The notes under the pieces: model-generated | Databases searched by the model: none | Told to the model about the DNA's origin: nothing | The model's input: only the letters and a program-made list of their open reading frames with translations | Shown: positions 28,115 to 37,773 of the stretch, in pieces | Layout: each line of letters begins with the position of its first letter | Numbering within the stretch: the stretch's first letter is position 1 | Assembly (NCBI GenBank): GCA_965208125.1 | Contig: OZ242320.1 | Location: forward strand, 3,136,001 to 3,200,000 | DNA length: 64,000 nucleotides | Source of the DNA: Candidatus Latescibacterota bacterium | GTDB taxonomy: Bacteria; Latescibacterota; UBA2968 | Direction: 5' to 3' | Made by a program: the position numbers and the translations under genes

Positions 28115-28969
28115 CTAATTTTTCAACACAATGAGAATGCGCTGACCAACGAGCAAGGGGTCGGAAAAGGAGATGGTGAGGGTTTGGGCTTCTTTATCCT
28201 CGCCGAGTGCGTATTCTTTGTCTTTGCCCAGTTTGCCATGGTCGTCACACACGGCGGCGAGTTCGCCCTGTACGGTAATGGTTTCTCCAATGGCAACTTT
28301 TTTAACGTCGGTGTTGTCAACATCGGGGAAATTTATAATTTTGTAGTTTTTACGAATCCTTCGCCATGTATGGAGATATCCCTGTTCTTTCAGGTTATCT
28401 TCAGTGCCGATATAGACGAGGACTGAACTGATAATTTCTTTGGCATCCTGAAGGTCTTCCTTAGTAACCTCAAGATTTTCCTGGGTGACCTGAAGGTCCT
28501 GTTGGGTAGCCTGAAGATCTTCGCGCAATTTTTGGCTTTCCTTATGAGCTTTTTCGAGGGCTTCTGTTACGCGTTGAAGGCGATTGGTTTGTTCGAATAG
28601 GCTGTTGCGAAGGCTGTCGCGGGAGGCTGTGACCTGTTCGAGGTCACCTCGCAGAGTGGTGGTGAGACGCCGGTATTCTTTCATTTCATTGGTAAGGCGA
28701 TGGAGGGTGGTTAGCAAAACTTTATTTGACGTGCTGGTACTATCCATTTGCGCACGCACAGAATCGATGCGGACATTTAATCCTTCGACCACCGTATTTA
28801 GAGAGTCTATCAGTGCATCATCGCGTTTGGCTTCTTCCTCCATTTGCATGACGTAGGGACTTTCTTGAATAATCTCCTCTTCGCTGGGCAAAAACGCGAT
28901 GTACAAAAGAAGGGCTACTGCGATGGCTGCAATGCCAATTACCAGGATGATTTGCTTGTTGTTATTCAC
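28115..28969 (-). CDS. Membrane-anchored coiled-coil hypothetical protein
   Basis: N-terminal TM helix, long heptad region including 21-nt periodic QATQQDL/QVTQENL/EVTKEDL. Confidence 0.75.
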   Translation of the reverse strand: MNNNKQIILVIGIAAIAVALLLYIAFLPSEEEIIQESPYVMQMEEEAKRDDALIDSLNTVVEGLNVRIDSVRAQMDSTSTSNKVLLTTLHRLTNEMKEYRRLTTTLRGDLEQVTASRDSLRNSLFEQTNRLQRVTEALEKAHKESQKLREDLQATQQDLQVTQENLEVTKEDLQDAKEIISSVLVYIGTEDNLKEQGYLHTWRRIRKNYKIINFPDVDNTDVKKVAIGETITVQGELAAVCDDHGKLGKDKEYALGEDKEAQTLTISFSDPLLVGQRILIVLKN

Positions 28970-29098
28970 GGGGTACCTCCTGAAAAAAAGACGGTTGCAA
29001 AAAATGGGGGTTGTGGGTATTAGCGGGTAAGAGATTTTCTATGGCGTTGTACCCGCTCTGGATTATTTTTCGTGGTGAAGCTGTGTGGTCCTCCCTTG

Positions 29099-30526
29099 TT
29101 ATGGTGTTATTATGGTTTCGCGGTCGGGAAACCCGCCGCCCAATGCGAGGTGGAGATCAATGCGCGTCTGGAGTCGTTGCTGGCGCACAACGAGCAATTG
29201 GCTTTCGGTTAGGTAAGCCGTGTTGCGTGTTTGAAGCACGGTCAACAGGTCTATAAGCCCTCTGTAATATCTATCTTCTGCCAATCGCCGTGCTTCCCGC
29301 GCCTGTTCAGCGGCGGTTTCCAGCGCGGCCTGGCGTTTTGCCAGATGCGCTTCTGCTGAGAGTGCATTTTCAACTTCGCTATATGCTTGCAAAACGGTTT
29401 GGGCAAATAGTGCAGCGGCTTCGGTTTCTCTGGCACTGGCCATGTCGATATTGCCCTGTATGCGCCCGCCCTGGAAGAGGGGTTGTGTAAGATTGCCGAT
29501 CAGGCTCCACACGCTGAAGTCTCCATTGAGCAGGCTGCCTAATGCGTCGCTGCTGGTTCCGCTTGAAGCAGTCAGGCTGATGCGCGGATAACGCAGGCGT
29601 TTGGCGGCTTTGTGATTGGCCTGAGACGCGGCAAATTGGCGTTCAATTGCAATGAGGTCGGGACGTCGGGAAATGAGATCTGCCGGGAGACCTGCGGGCA
29701 CTGGATGTGGTACTTGAGGGAGGTCTCCGGCAATGGCGAATGTGCCTGAGGGATAGCGACCGATGAGTACTTCGAGTTGGCGAATGGTCATTTCATAGCG
29801 TTGTTCGCGCTGGTGCAGGCGGTCTTGCGATAACGCGAGTTCGGATTTGCTCTGGCGCATGTCGAGTGAGGGCCGCACTCCCCGTTCGTAGCGCATGCGT
29901 ACCTGTTCGTGGTTGGTGAGGCTGTTTTCGTACGTCGCCTGTGCGAGTTCGAGTTGGCGCCTGGCTTCGATGGTGGCAAACCACGCTTTAGCGGTTTGTG
30001 CAGCCAGTGACATGCGTGCGCCTCGATACGTGGCCTGTGTTGCCTGATAGGTGGCTTGTGCAGCCGCAGCACTTGCGCCAAGCTGCCCCCAGAGGTCGAT
30101 TTCCCACGCGGCATTGATAGAAACGCCATAGGTGGTGCTGGTGTTTGAGAGCACCTCGCCAGGCGCCTGACCGGGGAGGGGAAATCCGATGAAGTTTTGT
30201 TTGCGTCTCAATCCCAATGATCCCGCGCTGATTTGCGGGTATAGGGGGGCGCCGGCCATTTTGGCCTGTGCGCGTGCGGCTTTGAGGCGCGCTGCAGCAG
30301 CGTGCAGGTTGTGGTTGTATGCGAGTGCCTGCGCGATTAAGCTGTCGAGACGGCTGTCGTTAAATGTCACCCACCAGAGGGTATCGGCAGGTGTTGTTGC
30401 GACAATTTCTGTCTGATAAGTTTGAGGTGGCTGAATCTGGGATTGTTGAACGCGAGGCGCGGACGCACATGAGGTTATAAGTGCAAGGCAGAGTGCAAAG
30501 TAATGCCATGTCGCGTGGGTACTCAT
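29099..30526 (-). CDS. NodT/OprM family efflux outer-membrane lipoprotein
   Basis: Lipobox LITSC; WW…FND, WEIDLWG, PAGLPADLISRRPD, LALGGG. Confidence 0.93.
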   Translation of the reverse strand: MSTHATWHYFALCLALITSCASAPRVQQSQIQPPQTYQTEIVATTPADTLWWVTFNDSRLDSLIAQALAYNHNLHAAAARLKAARAQAKMAGAPLYPQISAGSLGLRRKQNFIGFPLPGQAPGEVLSNTSTTYGVSINAAWEIDLWGQLGASAAAAQATYQATQATYRGARMSLAAQTAKAWFATIEARRQLELAQATYENSLTNHEQVRMRYERGVRPSLDMRQSKSELALSQDRLHQREQRYEMTIRQLEVLIGRYPSGTFAIAGDLPQVPHPVPAGLPADLISRRPDLIAIERQFAASQANHKAAKRLRYPRISLTASSGTSSDALGSLLNGDFSVWSLIGNLTQPLFQGGRIQGNIDMASARETEAAALFAQTVLQAYSEVENALSAEAHLAKRQAALETAAEQAREARRLAEDRYYRGLIDLLTVLQTRNTAYLTESQLLVVRQQRLQTRIDLHLALGGGFPDRETIITP

Positions 30527-30622
30527 TCTCGATCTCCTGAAAGAAGCTGAATGCTGACCGCGCTTATCATAAAGAAACTTTTGTTTTTGTCAATATATAT
30601 CGCAATCGGAGAGGATTAGATT

Positions 30623-31570
30623 ATGGCGATGCATTGTTTTGAGGGCATGCTTGAGAGCACATCGGTTAATATAGGGTTGACACTGGGATCGGGACAGGTG
30701 TTTCGGTGGGGACGAGATGTCGATGGATGGTGGAAGGGTATTGCTTATGGCGTGGTTGTACATCTGAGGCAAATGGGAGACCAGATCCAATATCGCGCAT
30801 CGTCTGAGCAGGTGGCTACATACTGTGGCGAGATGGCGATTGATGATTTTTTGAGGTGGTATTTAAGACTGAATCACATGCCCCGGATCAGGGTGCCGCG
30901 CGAGGATACCTATTTGCGAAGGGCGCGGGATTTGTTGAAGGGGCTACAATTTGTCCGCCAGGATCCATTCGAGTGTATTATTTCTTATGTTCTCTCGGTT
31001 CAAGCACATATGTCGTTGACTAAAAAGAGAATCGGGTTTATTGCGCGAACTCTGGGGGAGAGACGAGTTTTTGAAGGCGAGACGTACTGGACATTCCCAG
31101 ATTCAGATGCACTGTCTGAGTTGGATGGCGGGTTTTACAGGCGCCACCGTTTTGGCTGGCGTTCGGAGCGGGTGGCTGAAACAGCGCGTTTTATCGCCGA
31201 GTCGATACGCGATGGGGCAGACCTGGATACCTGGCGGGGTGTTTCTGATGATTTGCACGCACTGCCCGGCAGTGGGGTTGGTATTAAGGTTGCGCGGTGT
31301 ATCGATCTGTTCGCGCTGGATCGGCTCTATGCTGTTCCCGTTGATACCTGGGTGCGAAAATTTGCCCGAGAATGGTATGGTGTAACGGGTTCAGATGCGA
31401 AGATATGCCAGTGGGGCGAGGCGCGATGGGGCAAGTGGGCGGGCTATTGCAATGAGTATTTGTTCGCGTATTATCGCGAGTTGTATGGGCCAACGCTGTA
31501 CGATCGGGTGCTTTCTTTTGATGCTTCTGATGAAGCGTCAGCGGTGATGCCGTTTGAGGATACGGGATGA
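30623..31570 (+). CDS. 8-oxoguanine DNA glycosylase-like (OGG1, HhH-GPD)
   Basis: TLGSGQVFRW, RQDPFECIIS, GVGIKVARC…PVDTWV. Confidence 0.85.
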   Translation: MAMHCFEGMLESTSVNIGLTLGSGQVFRWGRDVDGWWKGIAYGVVVHLRQMGDQIQYRASSEQVATYCGEMAIDDFLRWYLRLNHMPRIRVPREDTYLRRARDLLKGLQFVRQDPFECIISYVLSVQAHMSLTKKRIGFIARTLGERRVFEGETYWTFPDSDALSELDGGFYRRHRFGWRSERVAETARFIAESIRDGADLDTWRGVSDDLHALPGSGVGIKVARCIDLFALDRLYAVPVDTWVRKFAREWYGVTGSDAKICQWGEARWGKWAGYCNEYLFAYYRELYGPTLYDRVLSFDASDEASAVMPFEDTG

Positions 31571-31576
31571 TTGTTT

Positions 31577-32848
31577 TTACTCTCTCGCGTATTTGGGGTT
31601 GCCAAAACCGTCGTTGACGATGTGGGAACGCGCGGGGATTTCGGATTTGTCGGGAATGATGAGGTCCAGTTCGGTGCTGTTTTCAACGATTGTGCCGTCG
31701 CCCACGCGCACGTGATCTCCAAGGATGATTTTTCCCGGGTCTCGGGAACCAGAGCGCACAGTGCCGAGTACGACTGACGATGCGATTTGACAGCCTGTGC
31801 CCGTTTCGACATAGCCGTAGATGTCTGTGCCGCTGCCGATCGTGGAGCGGTTGCCAATGACGACGGGTCCGAGCAAGGTGGCATCTGTGCCTATTCTTAC
31901 AAAATTGCCAATGGTGGGGTGTCGTTGTCGCGCTCTTCCCGTCAATCCGCCGAGTGTGCAGGGATAGATGATGCACCCATAGCCTATGACACCCGTTTGA
32001 CCGGTTGTGAGGCCGCGGTGCGGGTGTTCGAGAAAGTTGGCGTCTGCGATGACGGTTTCCGGGTGGATATCGGCTTGATAATAACGCCCGCCGAGTTCTG
32101 AAATGGCACGGGGCAAGAGAGGGATGGGCGTGCATTCAAAATTTTCAACCTCGCCAGTTTGCGTGAGGGCATTGGCGATGTCGTGATAAAACAAGACGCG
32201 CCATCCGGGATACGCACTGGCGACGAGTTGCATCTGATATGCGAAGGCAGATTGCAGGTCTTTTTCGGCGAGAAATGTTTCGTAGAGATCAAAGGTGCGC
32301 GCTTCAATAGCTTTGTCAATGACGGGCGCAAATGCGAGGACGGCGAGGTCGCTGTTATCCAGGTTGTGTACTTTGCGTAAATACGCATCCCACACGGCGG
32401 GGTCTTTGAGTGATGCAAAGCGGTTCCAGAGTGCGCGGGTTTTGAGTTGGGGCAGTCGAGAAATGAGCGCGAAGGCGGATTGTAGTGCCACGTCTTCTAT
32501 TGGGCCGTTTTCGCCCTGTGCAGCTTGAAGCGATTGGTAGATCATGGCGTAGAGTTGGTCGGTAATTTCTTCGATATTTTCAGTCAGGGTTGCCTGCGCG
32601 GCTTCAGATGCATTGTGAGAACCGGGTGCGACGCATTCGAGCAGGTTGCCGAGTACGGTTTCGAGCAGGTCGCGATTGACAAAACCGCGGCCTGAACGCT
32701 GTGAGAGAATCGCGCGATTGATGGGGTCAATGCGAAGCGCGGTCAGTTCTTCCTCTGTGTAAATCGGTCGAATTTGCTCGATTACTTTTTCGAGGAGGGG
32801 GCGTTTGCGATTTGCATACGCGGCGTCAAATAAGGTGGTGTTGTTCAA
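31577..32848 (-). CDS. Divergent serine O-acetyltransferase-like hexapeptide-repeat protein with long N-terminal extension
   Basis: ADIHPETVI…LEH…TLGG…RHPTIG left-handed beta-helix. Confidence 0.65.
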   Translation of the reverse strand: MNNTTLFDAAYANRKRPLLEKVIEQIRPIYTEEELTALRIDPINRAILSQRSGRGFVNRDLLETVLGNLLECVAPGSHNASEAAQATLTENIEEITDQLYAMIYQSLQAAQGENGPIEDVALQSAFALISRLPQLKTRALWNRFASLKDPAVWDAYLRKVHNLDNSDLAVLAFAPVIDKAIEARTFDLYETFLAEKDLQSAFAYQMQLVASAYPGWRVLFYHDIANALTQTGEVENFECTPIPLLPRAISELGGRYYQADIHPETVIADANFLEHPHRGLTTGQTGVIGYGCIIYPCTLGGLTGRARQRHPTIGNFVRIGTDATLLGPVVIGNRSTIGSGTDIYGYVETGTGCQIASSVVLGTVRSGSRDPGKIILGDHVRVGDGTIVENSTELDLIIPDKSEIPARSHIVNDGFGNPKYARE

Positions 32849-32875
32849 GGAAAATTCCTTTGTGATCCTGTTTGT

Positions 32876-33679
32876 TCAACTTCCGGTGGAGCGATAATGA
32901 CGCACACCGATTTTCCATATCTGGAGGGCGATAATGAGAAAGACAATGCAAATCAGGGGCGCGACCCACTGCAAGACAGCGGGCAATCCCATGGGGTCGC
33001 CGCGTTCGAGAATTGCCAGTGCCGGTAGGTAATTTACACACGCGAGGGGTATGATGTAAGTAAAAAATTTCCGAAACCAGATGCGGTAGATAGGTAAGGG
33101 ATACTGCGCGGTCTCCACGCCGCCGTAAGTCATGGTGTTCATGAGTTCGAGAGATTCGGTGGTCCAGAACGCAATGGTGGCTTGAATGACCATGAGGCCG
33201 ATAAAGAGGCAAGCCCCTCCAAATATGGCGGTGAAGATGAGATAGATTTTTGGTGCGGACCAGGCGATGTCGAGGGTGTAACTCGCCCAGGAGAAGACAG
33301 CGATGCCCTGGAGCAGGCGGCCAACGCGGCGGAGGGTGAGTTCATAGCCTGCGAGTTGCAGGGCGGTGCTTCGGGGGCGAAGCAAGAGGCGGTCGAAGTC
33401 GCCGCTTTTGACCATGGTGCCGAATATGTCGAAGCCGCGCGAGGCAGCGTCGGCAAAAGCGAAGGAGATGTTGATGAGGCCGTAGAGAAAGGCCACCTCG
33501 GGGAGGGTCCAGCCCTGAATGTGTTTGAATCGCGCGAAGAGAGAGGCGATGGCGAGAAATTCGACGCCGGTGGTGAGAAAATGTCCAAATGAGAGCATGA
33601 TGAATGATGCGCGATATTGCATTTGGCTGCGGACAGATTGGCTGAGATAGTGCAGGTAGAGGCGAAGTGCGTTGGCCAT
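32876..33679 (-). CDS. ABC-2 type permease (DUF990-like)
   Basis: MQYRASF, GDFDRLLLRP, YPLPIY, Y.STGS C-terminus. Confidence 0.88.
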   Translation of the reverse strand: MANALRLYLHYLSQSVRSQMQYRASFIMLSFGHFLTTGVEFLAIASLFARFKHIQGWTLPEVAFLYGLINISFAFADAASRGFDIFGTMVKSGDFDRLLLRPRSTALQLAGYELTLRRVGRLLQGIAVFSWASYTLDIAWSAPKIYLIFTAIFGGACLFIGLMVIQATIAFWTTESLELMNTMTYGGVETAQYPLPIYRIWFRKFFTYIIPLACVNYLPALAILERGDPMGLPAVLQWVAPLICIVFLIIALQIWKIGVRHYRSTGS

Positions 33680-33683
33680 CGCG

Positions 33684-34514
33684 TTATCCTCCTTGTGCGA
33701 CGAGGCGGCGAATACCGCGGGTGAGGATGAGGTGCCCGGCAGTGATCAGCGCAATCAGATAGGCGATTTGAAACGGCAGGTGATACCAGATTTGTTCTGG
33801 TGGGATATGGCCCATGTAGAAGCGGAAGGGGATGTCCATGAGGTATCGAAATGGGAGGATGTTGATGGCTGTCTGTGCCCAGTCGGGAAAAAAGAGCAAG
33901 GGGATGATGATGCCGCTGAAGAGCCAGGTCAAACTACTCAGGAGTACGCCCAGGCCCTCGCCAGATATGGTCCACAAGAGGGCAATGGTCAGGAGATTGG
34001 TGATGGCTGCACTGATGAGGACTGCAAAGAGCATCGATACGACCCAGGCACATGTAGCCGGGATATTGGGAGGCATTTGCAGGTTGAAGAAAAGACTGGC
34101 TGTGATGAACATGGGGAGGGCGCGGAAGACGCCGGGCGCGGTGCGTTGCGCTATGGCGCGGCTGTACCAGAAGAAATACAGGTTGGTCGGGCGCACGAGT
34201 TCATAGACGACATTGCCCGAACGCACCATGGCGCGCACGTCGGGGTCGGCACCCTGGTAGGGAATGAGAACGAGAAATGCCTGGCCGAGCCATATATAGG
34301 TGATGACTTCATCGGCGGTCATGGGTTGTGGCGCAGTGGTTGATCTGTAGAAGGCTTCAAAGATCATGACGCGGATGAGGCCCCAGAAGAGTTGGGTGCC
34401 GAATCCCGCGAATGCCGCAGCGCGGTATTGCAAGAGCGTGCGAAATCTGGCGGAGAGTACGGCTATGTACGGTCTGATGGCCAGCGATGATGTGCGGTTA
34501 GCGATTTTCGGCAT
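33684..34514 (-). CDS. ABC-2 type permease (start uncertain)
   Basis: LQYRAA, VRSGNVVYELVRP, C-terminal VAQGG. Confidence 0.85.
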   Translation of the reverse strand: MPKIANRTSSLAIRPYIAVLSARFRTLLQYRAAAFAGFGTQLFWGLIRVMIFEAFYRSTTAPQPMTADEVITYIWLGQAFLVLIPYQGADPDVRAMVRSGNVVYELVRPTNLYFFWYSRAIAQRTAPGVFRALPMFITASLFFNLQMPPNIPATCAWVVSMLFAVLISAAITNLLTIALLWTISGEGLGVLLSSLTWLFSGIIIPLLFFPDWAQTAINILPFRYLMDIPFRFYMGHIPPEQIWYHLPFQIAYLIALITAGHLILTRGIRRLVAQGG

Positions 34515-35475
34515 AGAGACGCGAGATGATTTCTTCGATGGGGGTGTTTTCGACAAAGAGGTCGCGCACGGGGTGCTGCGCCGTGATGCGGGCGATCAAA
34601 TCTGCCGTGGCAACGCGGTCGGGGTCAAATGTGAGGTGTACGCGGTGTCCGTCGCGCAATACGACAGATGCGTCGGGGTCGGTGATGTCTTCTGTGCCTT
34701 CGAGATCGACGATGAGGCGGCGCTCTGTTGTGACGCGAGCGCGAAGGTTTTCGAGCGGGCCATCAGATAGTATCTGGCCCTGTCCTATGACCATTACCCG
34801 CGTGCAGAGGGCTTCGATGTCGTCCAGGTCGTGGGTGGTGAGGATGACGGTGACATCGCGCTCCTGGTTGAGGCGTTTGATGAAGTCGCGCACAGCGAGT
34901 TTGGAGACGATGTCGAGGCCAATGGTCGGTTCGTCTAAGAAGAGGATTGATGGACGGTGTATGAGGGCAGCGGCGAGGTCACAGCGCATGCGCTGGCCCA
35001 GGCTGAGTTGGCGCACGGGTATGTCGAGAAGCGATTCGAGGTCGAGAATGGCGATCATTTCATCGCGGGTTTGCGCGTATTGGTGATGATCGACGCGATA
35101 GATGTCGCGGAGCAGGTCAAAAGATTCGATGACAGGCAGGTCCCACCACAATTGCGTGCGTTGTCCAAAGACCACGCCGATTTGTGCGACGTGGGCGATG
35201 CGTTCTTTCCAGGGCACGCGACCGAGGATTTCACAGCGGCCAGTATCGGGAACGAGGATGCCGGACAGTACTTTGACTGTGGTGGATTTGCCCGCGCCAT
35301 TGGGACCGATATAACCGATGAGTTCGCCGGGTTCAACTGTGAAGGAGATGCCGTCGAGGGCAGTTATCTGGCGGTAGTTGCGGTGCATGACGCCGCGCAG
35401 AGCACCCCAAACGCCGGGCTGGCGCTGGGCGATTTGGAAGGTTTTGACGAGGTTTTCGACAATGATGTGGGGCAT
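34498..35475 (-). CDS. ABC transporter ATP-binding protein
   Basis: GPNGAGKS, LSLGQ, FLDEPT, TTHD. Confidence 0.95.
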   Translation of the reverse strand: MPHIIVENLVKTFQIAQRQPGVWGALRGVMHRNYRQITALDGISFTVEPGELIGYIGPNGAGKSTTVKVLSGILVPDTGRCEILGRVPWKERIAHVAQIGVVFGQRTQLWWDLPVIESFDLLRDIYRVDHHQYAQTRDEMIAILDLESLLDIPVRQLSLGQRMRCDLAAALIHRPSILFLDEPTIGLDIVSKLAVRDFIKRLNQERDVTVILTTHDLDDIEALCTRVMVIGQGQILSDGPLENLRARVTTERRLIVDLEGTEDITDPDASVVLRDGHRVHLTFDPDRVATADLIARITAQHPVRDLFVENTPIEEIISRLYAENR

Positions 35476-35592
35476 GGCGCAATATGCAGGGTTATATTTC
35501 TTCGTGTTTATTAGACGGGTATCTCGGCGGGTGTGTTTTGATTTGTGGGAATTTTTTTAACTGGACGAATCCCGCGAGCTATGGTTTTGCAT

Positions 35593-35640
35593 AAAAATAG
35601 CGTGCCCGATTCGTACGTACAGAATCGGGCACGCGCTTTT
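35593..35640. terminator. Intrinsic terminator downstream of the suf operon
   Basis: CGTGCCCGATTC-N9-GAATCGGGCACG with A-run and T-run flanks. Confidence 0.75.
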
Positions 35641-35661
35641 GTAGAGATGGAATCCAGATCT

Positions 35662-36246
35662 TTACTGCGTGGTCTGGTAATACGGGTTGGTGCCTTCGGC
35701 GTGGTCTGTGATATCGCGGATGTTTGCGATTTCGGGAACGGCTTCTTTGATCATGACTTCCACGCCCTGTTTGAGGGTGACATCGACCATTCCGCAGCCC
35801 TGGCATCCGCCGCCAAATTGAAGAAAGGCCGTGTCTTCTTTCACATCGACCAGTGATACGTGGCCGCCGTGTGCGGCAATGCCCGGGTTGATTTTTTCGT
35901 CAATGACCATTTGGATTTTTTCGGCCACGCTGCCTTTGAGGTGCGGGGGTACTTTGTGTGGGTTGTCAATTTTGAAGCCGCGTCCCATCAGGCCATCGAC
36001 AAAATCGAGTGTGATGTCCTGAGTATAAGGCACGCTGTTTTCGTCAATGTAAATGTCGAAGCCGTCGTATGGTATCGCGGTGTCGCGGTCGGTGTCCTGT
36101 CCTTCGGCCACGAAAGCGAGGCGGTAGTTGGCCTGCAGGGGCGATGTTGCTTCGGCGGTGATGCGCACGCCTGTAATCACCTGTTCTTGTTCGTTTATCA
36201 AGCGGGTGATTTCTGTTTGTGCAATGTCTGTGACTGTGATGTCCAT
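35662..36246 (-). CDS. nfuA: Fe-S carrier NfuA
   Basis: Degenerate A-type domain + NifU-C domain HGG…GGGCQGC…DITDH. Confidence 0.9.
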   Translation of the reverse strand: MDITVTDIAQTEITRLINEQEQVITGVRITAEATSPLQANYRLAFVAEGQDTDRDTAIPYDGFDIYIDENSVPYTQDITLDFVDGLMGRGFKIDNPHKVPPHLKGSVAEKIQMVIDEKINPGIAAHGGHVSLVDVKEDTAFLQFGGGCQGCGMVDVTLKQGVEVMIKEAVPEIANIRDITDHAEGTNPYYQTTQ

Positions 36247-36258
36247 GGGGTTTCTCCT

Positions 36259-36363
36259 GTAGAAGTTAGAAGTTAGAGGTGTGAAGTAAGAAGTCCGCTC
36301 CCAACCGCCCAAAGGCTGGTGCTTCATCACATTTCACACTTCACATTTCACACTTCACACTTG
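36259..36363. repeat. Inverted pair of 7-bp-periodic arrays
   Basis: GTAGAAG TTAGAAG TTAGAGG TGTGAAG TAAGAAG … CATCACA TTTCACA CTTCACA TTTCACA CTTCACA. Confidence 0.7.
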
Positions 36364-36366
36364 CCT

Positions 36367-36849
36367 TTACGGCATTGTGACTTGTAAGAGTTCGTCTGCT
36401 TTATGCGCGAGATGATTTTCGAGCTGGTGCCCATCTCCCATCAGGTCTTGCAATGTAATGCGGTCGAGCATCTGGTCAACCACAAATTGGATGGCGTTCC
36501 AGAGGGAGCGAATTGAGCAATCGACAGAATGGGTGCAGCAGGCTTCATAACCGGTGTGTTCATCGCAAAAGCCTTCGTTGAAGAACGGGTCGCCGAGGGC
36601 ACCGAGTACATCGGAGATCAGAATTTCACTGGCGGGACGAGCCAATTTGTATCCGCCAGCTTGACCGCGCACGCTTTCGACGAGGTTGCCCAGGCGCAAG
36701 AGGCGGACGAGTTTGCCGACATGGGCGTTGGATAATCCTTCGCCGCGGCTGATTTCGGGAATCGAAATGCTTCCACCGGTTTCAGATGCGCGCTGTGCTA
36801 CCTGCATGAGACAGCGAAGGCCGTATTCTTCTTGTGTACTCAATTTCAT
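36367..36849 (-). CDS. Rrf2 family (IscR/SufR-like) transcriptional regulator
   Basis: MKLST.EEYGLR, SVRGQAGGYKL, Cys cluster FC…CCTHSVDC. Confidence 0.92.
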   Translation of the reverse strand: MKLSTQEEYGLRCLMQVAQRASETGGSISIPEISRGEGLSNAHVGKLVRLLRLGNLVESVRGQAGGYKLARPASEILISDVLGALGDPFFNEGFCDEHTGYEACCTHSVDCSIRSLWNAIQFVVDQMLDRITLQDLMGDGHQLENHLAHKADELLQVTMP

Positions 36850-36877
36850 AAAAGAACCTTTTCGGTGAGAGGCACTG

Positions 36878-37315
36878 TCAAAACATGCCCAATTCGAGTT
36901 TGGCCGCTTCTGACATGCGTTCTGGCGTCCAGGGAGGGTCGAATACGAGGTCGAGTTTGACATCGTAAACGCCTTCGGCAGACCGGGCTGCGGATTCGAC
37001 CTGTCCAGGCAAAATACCCGCGGCGGGACAATTGGGGGCTGTGAGTGTCATTTGGACGTAGGTATTGCCGTCTTCTTCTACTTTGATTTCGTAGATGAGC
37101 CCCAGTTCGTAAATGTCAACAGGGATTTCTGGATCATATACTGTTTTGAGTGCTTTTACGATTTCTTCTTTTACGGCTTCGGTGTCGATGGGGCCTTCTG
37201 GCGAGGGTTTTTCAGGTGGTGATTCTGGTGCTTCAATATTGTGAATTTCCTCAGTATGATCAGAATCATCGTTGGATTCAGATGTGTCTTTGCGGAAGAT
37301 GTTCAGGAGGCTCAT
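36878..37315 (-). CDS. sufT: SufT (DUF59) Fe-S assembly protein
   Basis: VYDPEIPVDIYELGLIY, MTLTAPNCP, PPW. Confidence 0.9.
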   Translation of the reverse strand: MSLLNIFRKDTSESNDDSDHTEEIHNIEAPESPPEKPSPEGPIDTEAVKEEIVKALKTVYDPEIPVDIYELGLIYEIKVEEDGNTYVQMTLTAPNCPAAGILPGQVESAARSAEGVYDVKLDLVFDPPWTPERMSEAAKLELGMF

Positions 37316-37773
37316 GTGTTATCTCTTTCTGTCGTTATAGGCGTTTGGACATTGTCTATGGCTGCCCGAAGCGCGTGCCACGATAGGGTCGCGCATTTGA
37401 TACGGGTGGGATAGTCGCGCACGCCGGCAAAAACGAATAGTTTGCCCATCTGATCGAGGCCGAGATTGCTGGATGGATCGGTGAGCATTGCTTGAAAGTC
37501 TTTGAAATAGGTTTCCGATTCATCGAGGGTTTTGCCTTTGATGGTTTCGGTCATTAAAGAAGCCGATGCTTTGGAAATGGCGCATCCCGAACCCTGAAAG
37601 CCGATGTTTTTTATGCGGTCGCCGTGGAGTTGGAGATAAACCTCCACTTTATCGCCGCAAAGGGGATTGTAGCCTTCGGCAAAGCGGTCTGCTGGATCGA
37701 GTACGCGAAAATTTCTGGGGTTTTTGTTGTGATCCAGAATGAGTTGCTGGTAGAGTTCGCGCAAATCTGACAT
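37312..37773 (-). CDS. sufU: SufU sulfur-transfer protein
   Basis: LYQQLILDH, NPLCGD, GCAISKAS, RIKCATL. Confidence 0.93.
   Translation of the reverse strand: MSDLRELYQQLILDHNKNPRNFRVLDPADRFAEGYNPLCGDKVEVYLQLHGDRIKNIGFQGSGCAISKASASLMTETIKGKTLDESETYFKDFQAMLTDPSSNLGLDQMGKLFVFAGVRDYPTRIKCATLSWHALRAAIDNVQTPITTERDNT

Noticed and set aside
28440-28525. 21-nt periodic repeat as an independent element
   Set aside because: Explained by coiled-coil heptads of the host protein
29099-30526. Complete RND efflux operon
   Set aside because: No MFP or RND gene is adjacent; orphan outer-membrane factors are common
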